Shown piece after piece: positions 27,774 through 34,462 of a stretch of DNA of 34,462 nucleotides. The notes beneath the pieces were generated by a model. It was not told the DNA's origin and did no database searches. It saw only the letters and a list, made by a program, of their open reading frames with translations. Location: NCBI GenBank assembly GCA_043816965.1, contig JBDRHK010000038.1, forward strand, positions 1-34,462. The letters are read 5' to 3'. The position numbers and the translations under genes are program-made. The DNA comes from Candidatus Iainarchaeum sp. GTDB taxonomy: Archaea; Iainarchaeota; Iainarchaeia; Iainarchaeales; JAFCCJ01. Within the stretch, counting starts at the first letter, position 1; the number at the start of each line of letters is the position of its first letter.

Positions 27774-28887
27774 GAAGATTCTAGTTACAGGCGGGGCAGG
27801 TTTTATTGGCTCGCACTTGGTTGACAGGTTAATTTCTGACGGGAATGATGTAAGGGTTCTTGATAATTTAGAGAAGCAGGTTCATGTTGATGGGAAAATT
27901 CCTTCTTACTTCAATTCGAAAGCAGAATTTATTGAGGGGGATGTAAGGAAGACTGATGATTTGAGAAAAGCAATCGCCGATGTTGAGGTTGTTTATCATT
28001 TGGCTGCGCGCGTTGGGGTTGGGCAGTCGATGTATGAGATTAATAATTATGTAGAAACCAATACCTTTGGAACTGCGAAGTTATTGGATTTGCTGGTTAA
28101 TGGGGAAAATTCAGTTAAGAAAATTGTTGTCGCAGGCTCGATGAGTGAGTATGGTGAAGGTTCCTACAATTGCGGCAAGTGCGGACTTGTTATAGGTGAG
28201 TTGAGAAGCGAAGGGCAGATGTCCAAGGGCGAGTGGGAATTAAAATGCAGGAACTGCAATGCTATTATTGAACCAATCCCTACCTCTGAGGAAAAGCCAT
28301 TGCAGGTAAATTCCATTTATGCAACAACAAAAAGGGATCAGGAAGAAATGGTTATGGAAATTGGGGATGCTTATGGGATTAATTCCACTTCCTTAAGATT
28401 TTTCAATGTTTATGGCCCAAGGCAGTCCCTTTCAAATCCCTACACAGGGGTTGCGGCAATCTTTCTTAGCAGGATGAAAAACAACCAATCGCCGATTGTT
28501 TATGAGGATGGCCTGCAGTCCAGGGACTTTGTCTGGATTGGGGATATTGTTGATGCCTGTGTTCTTGCAATGGATTCGAAAAATGCTGAAGGGAAAATTT
28601 ACAATGTCGGTTCCGGCGACCATACAACAATCCTGAATGTTGCTGAAACAATCAACAAACTTCTGGGAAAGGATATTAGGCCGAAAGTAATGGGCAAGTT
28701 CCGAAAAGGGGATGTGAGGCACTGCTTTTCAGATATTTCGAAAATTAAAAATGAATTAGGTTTCTCCCCTAAAGTGAATTTCGAGCAGGGGATGAAAGAG
28801 CTTGTTGAATGGGGAGAGAAGGAAGAGGCAATTGACATGTTTGAGAAGGCGGAGAAGGAACTGGAGAGCAAGGGATTGGTGGATTGA
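27766..28887 (+). CDS. NAD-dependent epimerase/dehydratase with CxxC...CxxC insertion
   Basis: TGGAGFIGS, YATTK, LRFFNVYGPRQSLSNPYTGV; CGKC and CRNC. Confidence 0.9.
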   Translation: MTKKILVTGGAGFIGSHLVDRLISDGNDVRVLDNLEKQVHVDGKIPSYFNSKAEFIEGDVRKTDDLRKAIADVEVVYHLAARVGVGQSMYEINNYVETNTFGTAKLLDLLVNGENSVKKIVVAGSMSEYGEGSYNCGKCGLVIGELRSEGQMSKGEWELKCRNCNAIIEPIPTSEEKPLQVNSIYATTKRDQEEMVMEIGDAYGINSTSLRFFNVYGPRQSLSNPYTGVAAIFLSRMKNNQSPIVYEDGLQSRDFVWIGDIVDACVLAMDSKNAEGKIYNVGSGDHTTILNVAETINKLLGKDIRPKVMGKFRKGDVRHCFSDISKIKNELGFSPKVNFEQGMKELVEWGEKEEAIDMFEKAEKELESKGLVD

Positions 28888-29822
28888 TGAAAACCGTTGT
28901 TGTTGCCGGAGGGGCAGGATTTATAGGAAGCCATTTATGTGAATTTCTTTTGAAAAAGGGTGAAAATGTAATCTGCATTGATGACCTTTCAACAGGGGAC
29001 AAGAAAAATATCGAGCATTTAATGAACAACAGCAATTTTGTGTTTATGCGGCAGGATATTACCGAGCCTTTTTCAGTAAGGGATGATGTTGCCAAAGTTT
29101 TTAATCTTGCTTCCCCTGCATCGCCTGTGGACTACCAAAAAAAACCTATCAAAACCCTAATGGTTGGCGCAATGGGCACAAAGAACTGCCTTGATTTGGC
29201 GAAGGATAAAAAAGCAAGATTTTTGCAGGCATCCACCTCTGAAATTTACGGCGACCCTTTGGAGCACCCCCAAGTGGAAAGCTATTGGGGAAATGTAAAC
29301 CCTACAGGAGTTCGTTCATGCTACGATGAAGCAAAACGATTTGGTGAGGCACTTGTAATGGCATATAGGCGAAAATTCAATCTTGACACAAAAATCGCGA
29401 GGATTTTCAATACCTATGGCCCTAGAATGAGATATGATGACGGGAGAGTAGTCCCGAATTTAATTTTCCAGGCTTTGAACAAAAAGCCACTAACTGTTTA
29501 TGGGAATGGGGAACAAACCCGCTCCTTTTGCTATGTTTCAGATATGGTAGAAGGTCTTACTGCACTTATGAATTCCTCCACAAACGAGCCTGTGAATTTA
29601 GGAAACCCGAATGAAATGACAATCAATGAATTCGCCAATAAAGTGATTGAACTTACAGGAGTTAATTCCAAAATCGAAAATAAGCCCCTCCCTGAGGATG
29701 ACCCCCTAAAAAGGAAACCGGATATCACAAAAGCAAAGGAATTATTGGGCTGGGAGCCTAAAATAATCCTGGATATAGGGCTGCAGAAGACTATTGATTG
29801 GTTTGCTTCTATAAAGAAGTGA
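28884..29822 (+). CDS. uxs: UDP-glucuronate decarboxylase (UDP-xylose synthase)
   Basis: LASPASP..Y, ASTSEIYGDP, YWGNVNP.G.RSCYDEAKR, DDGRVV, DDP..RKPDI. Confidence 0.92.
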   Translation: MMKTVVVAGGAGFIGSHLCEFLLKKGENVICIDDLSTGDKKNIEHLMNNSNFVFMRQDITEPFSVRDDVAKVFNLASPASPVDYQKKPIKTLMVGAMGTKNCLDLAKDKKARFLQASTSEIYGDPLEHPQVESYWGNVNPTGVRSCYDEAKRFGEALVMAYRRKFNLDTKIARIFNTYGPRMRYDDGRVVPNLIFQALNKKPLTVYGNGEQTRSFCYVSDMVEGLTALMNSSTNEPVNLGNPNEMTINEFANKVIELTGVNSKIENKPLPEDDPLKRKPDITKAKELLGWEPKIILDIGLQKTIDWFASIKK

Positions 29823-29871
29823 TTATTTCTTCCCCTTTGCAGCTGCCAGGTATGCGGGTACGTTCCGAAAA
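29823..29871 (+). repeat. Cassette-boundary repeat R1
   Basis: TTATTTCTTCCCCTTT-GCAGCTGCCAGGTATGCGGGT-ACGTTCCGAAAA; core starts at 29839. Confidence 0.9.
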
Positions 29872-29880
29872 CAAAACATC

Positions 29881-30249
29881 TTATTTCACAAACTCAACAT
29901 TTCCCAAATTCCTGAATTCCTTGTCGCCGGTAAGGAATTTGATGCCGTGTTTTTTCGCAAGTACATAGCCAATGCAGTCAGCATAGGATAATTTCTGTTT
30001 CCTTTTGTCAAACCTGAACTTCGAGGCGGCGATTATGTCCTTTTCCGTCACCTCAATAAGGTTTGCGTTCACTTTTTTGATTTCTCCCGATGCCTTTTCT
30101 TCCCCTTCGGAGGAAACCACCGAGTACGAGAATTCATAAAGCTGGAAAATGCTTGTAAAAACTGGCTCTGATTTATAGGGCTTGTAATTTTCATTCCCTT
30201 TGGCAATTTCAATCAGCGCATAGCTGTCGAAAAAATACAACTCTACCAC
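29881..30249 (-). CDS. VapC/PIN-domain toxin
   Basis: YFFDSYALIE, LYE, LSYADC and LTGDKEF acidic residues. Confidence 0.9.
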   Translation of the reverse strand: MVELYFFDSYALIEIAKGNENYKPYKSEPVFTSIFQLYEFSYSVVSSEGEEKASGEIKKVNANLIEVTEKDIIAASKFRFDKRKQKLSYADCIGYVLAKKHGIKFLTGDKEFRNLGNVEFVK

Positions 30250-30464
30250 TCCTCTCTTCTTACAGAATCCTTGAATTTCTGGGAATCGATCTTAGAACCC
30301 TTCAGGTTCCCGAAAAAATCACCGGACGGCATTTTGACTCTCCTCTTCACCTCTATCCTTATTTCCTCATTTGCTTTTATATTCTCTTTCTCAATAATCT
30401 CTTTAGGAAGGGTAACCCCTATGGAATTGCCCCAATTCCTTGTTTTTACAATAACCTCGGCCAT
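30243..30464 (-). CDS. AbrB/MazE-type antitoxin
   Basis: KTRNWGNSIGVTLPKE; overlaps the vapC start. Confidence 0.9.
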   Translation of the reverse strand: MAEVIVKTRNWGNSIGVTLPKEIIEKENIKANEEIRIEVKRRVKMPSGDFFGNLKGSKIDSQKFKDSVRREEW

Positions 30465-30572
30465 GAAAATCACCAATATAATTATATCTAATTATATATT
30501 TAAATCTTCCCTTTAGGCCTTTTCAGGGCAACTTCTCATAGGATAAAATTTATTGCCCTTTTAAATGGTTTC

Positions 30573-30693
30573 TAGAGTGGACTTCCGGTGCGACACGCCT
30601 GTTCCTCGCGGAGCACCTAAGGGCCGGGTTTACGGGACGATCCATTCTACCCTCGTGGAGGGCAGGCAGAATGGCTCATACTCGCTACGCTCG
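30573..30693. other. GC-rich structured non-coding segment
   Basis: TAGAGTGGA/TCCATTCTA, TGTTCC-TCGC-GGAGCA, CCCTC-GTG-GAGGG and CCATTCT/AGAATGG stems; ends in CTCGCTACGCTCG. Confidence 0.55.
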
Positions 30694-30696
30694 CAA

Positions 30697-30743
30697 TTTA
30701 CTCCCCCAGCAGCTGCACAGTATGCGGGTGGCGAGGGCGAAAA
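30697..30743 (+). repeat. Cassette-boundary repeat R2
   Basis: TTTACTCCCCCA-GCAGCTGCACAGTATGCGGGT-GGCGAGGGCGAAAA; core starts at 30709. Confidence 0.9.
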
Positions 30744-30746
30744 CAA

Positions 30747-31100
30747 TTATCTTTTCCTATATTTAAACTTTTTATCGTAGCTCGGGTGGTCCATAATATC
30801 CAAAACAAATGCGATTATTTCAATTTTTGTTTCACTATCGGTTAAGGAATATAGCATTCTCCACCTGCTTGGCAGTTCAACCCTGAAAAGGTTGGTTATC
30901 CCGTACTTTTCCCGGTACTCTTTCGGAATGAGATTTTTCGCAATTGGGTTGCCATAATGCGGGTTTGCCTTTATCAGATCAGATTTTTTATTCAGTGCCT
31001 TTAAGATGCCCCTCTCGATTTTCGAGTTTGGGGCCTCCCTGTTAAGGTAGTTATAGACCTCTTCAGCCTCATCAGACAAGACAACTTCAACAGTTTTCAT
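30747..31100 (-). CDS. Putative RelE/ParE-fold toxin
   Basis: NP.YG, LFRVELP..WRMLY and H..YDK.F.Y pattern; ATGA-coupled to the upstream gene. Confidence 0.65.
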   Translation of the reverse strand: MKTVEVVLSDEAEEVYNYLNREAPNSKIERGILKALNKKSDLIKANPHYGNPIAKNLIPKEYREKYGITNLFRVELPSRWRMLYSLTDSETKIEIIAFVLDIMDHPSYDKKFKYRKR

Positions 31101-31369
31101 ATTCGCAGGCCCTTCTCAACAGCTTTCCTGAGTTTTGGATTTGGATTGTGAATCCATGTTATGCCCTTCATAGTCACCGCAATCTTGTTGCTTTCCTCAA
31201 GGTATTCAAGAATAACTTTGAGAGTATTGTGGTTCACCTGCTTTGGCAGCCTTCTCTTGAGTTCTGCCACGGTAACAAGGCTTTCATCCATTCCCTTCAG
31301 CGCATTCTCCGCCATAATGACCGTATTTAGGGTCGGGGAATGCCTCGGAAGCTGTGCCTGCTTTAACAT
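31097..31369 (-). CDS. Small wHTH-like protein, putative antitoxin
   Basis: SPTLNTV.M.E...ELKRRLPKQVNHNTL..ILEYLEESNKI; paralogue of 20438-20719. Confidence 0.7.
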   Translation of the reverse strand: MLKQAQLPRHSPTLNTVIMAENALKGMDESLVTVAELKRRLPKQVNHNTLKVILEYLEESNKIAVTMKGITWIHNPNPKLRKAVEKGLRI

Positions 31370-31522
31370 ATAAATCACTAAAAGTTATTAATTAATAACA
31401 ATTAGTTATCAAATTATATTTAAAGCTTTTGTTAGGCAAATTTCCGGAATCTCCCCAAAACCACCAAAAGAATAAACTTTATCGCATTTTTAAATGCTTC
31501 CGGAACCTCGTTTCCGGTGCGG

Positions 31523-31564
31523 ATTATCCTCCCGCAGCTGCCCGGTATGCGGGTGCGATATGCA
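31523..31564 (+). repeat. Cassette-boundary repeat R3
   Basis: ATTATCCTCCC-GCAGCTGCCCGGTATGCGGGT-GCGATATGCA; core starts at 31534. Confidence 0.9.
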
Positions 31565-31580
31565 GGAGCTTTGTTCAACC

Positions 31581-32543
31581 TTACTTTATATATTTCCTGT
31601 AAACGGCAAATAAGTTCCTGTATGTTTTTTTGTATTTATCAAGGAAAAGCCTTTCGAGGTTTGCAGTGTAGCCGCGATGGAAATCCTCAAGGCATTTTAT
31701 GTAAGAATCACGTTGGCTTTTCCTTATTATAAGCGGGGCATAACCATTGCGCAGCAAAATAACATTTGAAAGAAACCGGCCTACCCTTCCATTTCCATCC
31801 TCGAAAGGATGAATTCTTTCAAATTTCCCATGAAATAAAGCAGAAAGCTGCAAGGGATGAATTTTTTCAATCTCTTTTCCATACCACTCCAGCAAGTTTC
31901 CCATCTCCCCCTTAACCTTCTCAGGCGGAGTAAGCTTTACATCGCCACCCACTATATAATTAGGCACGGCCTTGTATCCTGTCCTTGTGTCAATATCTTC
32001 CATAAGCATCCTGTGTATCCTTATTATGTCCTTCTCCGTTATATCAAACCTGTTTTTCAGCATAATATCCATTACTTTTCGGGAATTCCTGGTTTCATAA
32101 ATCTCCCTCAAATCTCTTCCCTCAACAACCCTATTTTCAAACATCACAATAGCAACATCCTTCAAAGTCAGGGAGTTGCCCTCTATGGCGTTTGACTCAT
32201 AGGTAAAATTCGCAATAAACCTGTCAAATGCGTCCTTCTTCTGTTCCCTGCTGAATCCTTTTACTGTGTGCTGGTAATCTACCTTTATCCCCTCAATCTT
32301 CCCAATCTCTTCTGCGCTGAATATGCTGCCTGTTTGGTATTTTCCCACAGCAAACTTCGCAAAGGCTTCCTTCTCCTTTTTGGCAAAAAACTCAGCATAC
32401 TCTGCCTCAAGTGCCTTTATGCCCTTATGCCTGCCCTTAATCAGTTTCTGCAGTGTTTTTACCTTCCCATCAGGCAGCCTGATGGATTTTGTAAGGTAGC
32501 AGTATTTACTCCCACTTATCTCTTTCTCTTTCAGATAAACCAT
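31581..32543 (-). CDS. Fic family protein
   Basis: Canonical HPFEDGNGRVGR motif and inhibitory YESNAIEGN motif. Confidence 0.93.
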   Translation of the reverse strand: MVYLKEKEISGSKYCYLTKSIRLPDGKVKTLQKLIKGRHKGIKALEAEYAEFFAKKEKEAFAKFAVGKYQTGSIFSAEEIGKIEGIKVDYQHTVKGFSREQKKDAFDRFIANFTYESNAIEGNSLTLKDVAIVMFENRVVEGRDLREIYETRNSRKVMDIMLKNRFDITEKDIIRIHRMLMEDIDTRTGYKAVPNYIVGGDVKLTPPEKVKGEMGNLLEWYGKEIEKIHPLQLSALFHGKFERIHPFEDGNGRVGRFLSNVILLRNGYAPLIIRKSQRDSYIKCLEDFHRGYTANLERLFLDKYKKTYRNLFAVYRKYIK

Positions 32544-32552
32544 AGATAAATA

Positions 32553-32595
32553 TTACCCCTACAAATATATAAACATATCTTTATTGTAGGGGTAA
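32553..32595. promoter_or_regulatory. 12-bp perfect inverted repeat flanking the Fic TATA box
   Basis: TTACCCCTACAA-N19-TTGTAGGGGTAA; the spacer holds minus-strand TTTATATA-like sequence. Confidence 0.7.
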
Positions 32596-32630
32596 ATGCC
32601 TAATACAGTTACTCATCAAAAACCCCGCTA

Positions 32631-32672
32631 ATTATTCCACAGCAGCTCCCCGGTATGCGGGTACTTACGCAA
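32631..32672 (+). repeat. Cassette-boundary repeat R4
   Basis: ATTATTCCACA-GCAGCTCCCCGGTATGCGGGT-ACTTACGCAA; core starts at 32642. Confidence 0.9.
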
Positions 32673-32704
32673 CAATTAAATTCTCATAAGACAATTAATT
32701 CCTT

Positions 32705-33298
32705 ATGCCGCCAAACCCCCATAAGCCTGTGATGTTTGAGGTTGACCATGCCCTGAAAGATGTGGACAGTGCTGAGGCTGAATTCAGGGAAGCGATTAAG
32801 GGAAAAAGGGCACTGTACATAGAACTCACCGGCGCCAATGTGGATCTGATTCTGAAAGAAGGAAAATTCCACCAGTCCCCGGGCGCCCGTGCATACCAGC
32901 AGCTTGTGAAGATTGCCCATGAGGCGGGGCTTAGAGTGATTGCGCTGGACATCTCCCATAACAAAAGGCCGCCCAAACTCAAGGACAGGCTTGACTGGCA
33001 GGAAAGGGAGGATTATGACTCTTTTCCCAAAAGGGAAAAAAGGTGGCTTGGCATTTTGAGGAACGCCGGCTTGGGCTCTATCATAGTGATGCATCCCGGC
33101 CATGCTTTTGGGGTCGCCCAGGGGCTTGGGCTCCCGAAGGAGAACATCCTTAGGGGAGAAAAATATGCGGCCGAGCACAGGGAGCGAATGATGCTGGATG
33201 CCAGATTCCGCGATGTAACCGAAAAGGTTGAAAGCGGAAGGCTTGAAAGGAAAAGGGAAAGAGCAAAAGCAAGAAAACTGCGGACGCCGAGGGGATGA
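32705..33298 (+). CDS. Hypothetical basic protein, possibly EreA/ChaN/TraB-like fold
   Basis: Fits between R4 and R5; weak H...IE...VIALD...RE...PGH pattern; K/R-rich tail. Confidence 0.6.
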   Translation: MPPNPHKPVMFEVDHALKDVDSAEAEFREAIKGKRALYIELTGANVDLILKEGKFHQSPGARAYQQLVKIAHEAGLRVIALDISHNKRPPKLKDRLDWQEREDYDSFPKREKRWLGILRNAGLGSIIVMHPGHAFGVAQGLGLPKENILRGEKYAAEHRERMMLDARFRDVTEKVESGRLERKRERAKARKLRTPRG

Positions 33299-33302
33299 AA
33301 AT

Positions 33303-33349
33303 TTTATTCCAGAAGCATCTGCCCGGCTATGCGGGTACTGTGCGAAAAA
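33303..33349 (+). repeat. Cassette-boundary repeat R5
   Basis: TTTATTCCAGAA-GCATCTGCCCGGCTATGCGGGT-ACTGTGCGAAAA; core starts at 33315, with a 1-nt insertion. Confidence 0.88.
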
Positions 33350-33404
33350 TCCCCCTCCCACAATCTTAAGGAAGAAATAAATACTTCCAACGCCTATCTT
33401 TTTT

Positions 33405-34112
33405 ATGCCAAAACCCAAAAAGAGAACAATCCCTGACAAGAAAAGGCTCAGGATGCTGCTGGATGCCGAGAAGAAGCACCCTAAACACATAAGCCTGAAG
33501 AAGCAGAGTCCACTGCCCATACTGGACCGCTTTCTGGTCAAGAACCTTGCGCCCGGGAAAAGTGCCGAATCAGAAATCAGGCGGATACTGAAATTCAAGA
33601 GGAAGGCAAGGGTTTTTGAGATTTGCCCTGGCCAGGCGCAGGCTCTGACAGAACTCAAGCTCATGTTTGGCGACAGGATTCACACCATTGCCATCGACAA
33701 GGAAGTGCCGCAGGCAAAGGCAACTATTGACGAGTTCAGGAAAGGTGAGGTGTTAGAGTTCGAATTCCCGAAAAACTGCGACCTCATATTCTCGCTGAGA
33801 AGCCTGGGCTTTGTCGGCTCTCCGGAGGTGATTGTGGAGAAGGCCATCAAATCCCTTGCCCCTGGCGGGGTCGCCTACCTCGACTTCCCGATCCGCTCCG
33901 GATGGGGGGCCAGCAATTTCGGCTTCTGGGACAGGAAATTTCTGGATGAAATGGTGGAAAGGAGAAAATACAAGGGCATGGCGGTAAAGGGCAAGCTCTT
34001 CAAGGACAGGCGAACGGCCCTCTCAGGAAGCCCTGGCAACCAGAAAGAAATCGTCATCGAAACCCCGCTCACCTACCAACTCAGGCTTTCAAAACCGGCA
34101 AAAAGGAAATAA
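33405..34112 (+). CDS. Class I SAM-dependent methyltransferase-like protein
   Basis: VFEICPGQAQA (motif I-like), IAID, DLIFSLRSL, SLAPGG; basic N-terminus MPKPKKR. Confidence 0.7.
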   Translation: MPKPKKRTIPDKKRLRMLLDAEKKHPKHISLKKQSPLPILDRFLVKNLAPGKSAESEIRRILKFKRKARVFEICPGQAQALTELKLMFGDRIHTIAIDKEVPQAKATIDEFRKGEVLEFEFPKNCDLIFSLRSLGFVGSPEVIVEKAIKSLAPGGVAYLDFPIRSGWGASNFGFWDRKFLDEMVERRKYKGMAVKGKLFKDRRTALSGSPGNQKEIVIETPLTYQLRLSKPAKRK

Positions 34113-34139
34113 TTTTCTCATTTTCACTGAAGCCGGCAA

Positions 34140-34184
34140 TTTATTCTAAAAGAATCTGACACGGCATGCAGGTACTTACGCAAA
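34140..34184 (+). repeat. Cassette-boundary repeat R6 (most diverged)
   Basis: TTTATTCTAAAA-GAATCTGACACGGCATGCAGGT-ACTTACGCAAA; shares GGTACTTACGCAA exactly with R4. Confidence 0.75.
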
Positions 34185-34331
34185 CCCTGAGTTAAATAAC
34201 CATGCTCCCCACTCCCCCAACCCCAAACCACCCACCCCAAAAAATCCGAAAAACACTATTCCTTTGCAGGGATTAGGGGGGGATATTTAACCCAAACTGA
34301 ACGGGGGACGGGTGGTTATTAAAGTTCCAAT

Positions 34332-34462
34332 CTATCCCACAACACCAAAGAAAAAGAAAAAAATGAAAAGAGCTAGAATTGCAGGTAAGGTTAGAATGGA
34401 ACTTATAATTAAAAAAGGAATCGAAAGAAAAAGTAATTCTTTAGGAAGAGATGAATAAATCG
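34332..34462 (-). CDS. C-terminal fragment of a probable membrane protein (starts beyond the window)
   Basis: Manual translation IYSSLPKELLFLSIPFLIISSILTLPAILALFIFFFFFGVVG*. Confidence 0.5.
   Translation of the reverse strand, partial: IYSSLPKELLFLSIPFLIISSILTLPAILALFIFFFFFGVVG

Noticed and set aside
32650..32672. TATGCG-N8-CGCA resembles group II intron domain V, and GTGCGACACG at 30588 resembles an intron 5' end
   Set aside because: The 3' strand of D5 (CGTACGGTT) is missing, the pairing is not kept in other copies, and there is no reverse transcriptase in the window.
32684..33664. 326-aa minus-strand ORF
   Set aside because: Antisense to two more plausible genes, crosses R5, and has F/S/L-rich shadow composition.
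29823..34184. Repeats as a CRISPR array, canonical attC sites or terminators
   Set aside because: Intervals are 0.67-1.1 kb and gene-bearing, there are no GTT/AAC terminal boxes or long hairpin, and orientation is independent of gene direction (R4 lies between divergent starts).

Overview
Archaeal window: a geranylgeranyl reductase, a tRNA-Gln(CTG) with a canonical BHB intron, and TATA-type promoters. The gene style suggests a DPANN lineage, which is an inference. From left to right: partial wHTH gene; GGR; a highly structured intergenic element; a MazF-type TA pair beside tRNA-Gln; a large membrane-anchored FN3/Ig surface protein; mtnP plus a class II aldolase; a SemiSWEET gene broken by an in-frame TAG (missed by the ORF track); an HTH_10 regulator divergent from four tandem, mosaic, Cys-rich secreted proteins whose conserved split Ig-like scaffold carries variable lectin/lyase-like inserts; mtnA, small TA-like genes and apt; and a nucleotide-sugar cluster (rmlC-rmlB-rmlA, an RHH-nucleotidyltransferase fusion, ugd, a nucleotidyltransferase, an epimerase, UDP-xylose synthase). 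The most unusual feature is at 29.8-34.2 kb. Six co-oriented copies of a ~45-bp intergenic repeat (core GCAGCTGCCCGGTATGCGGGT) divide the DNA into five 0.67-1.1 kb units (VapBC, RelE-like TA, Fic, hypothetical protein, methyltransferase). This is an integron-like cassette array whose sites do not resemble attC or CRISPR repeats, and no recombinase lies in the window.
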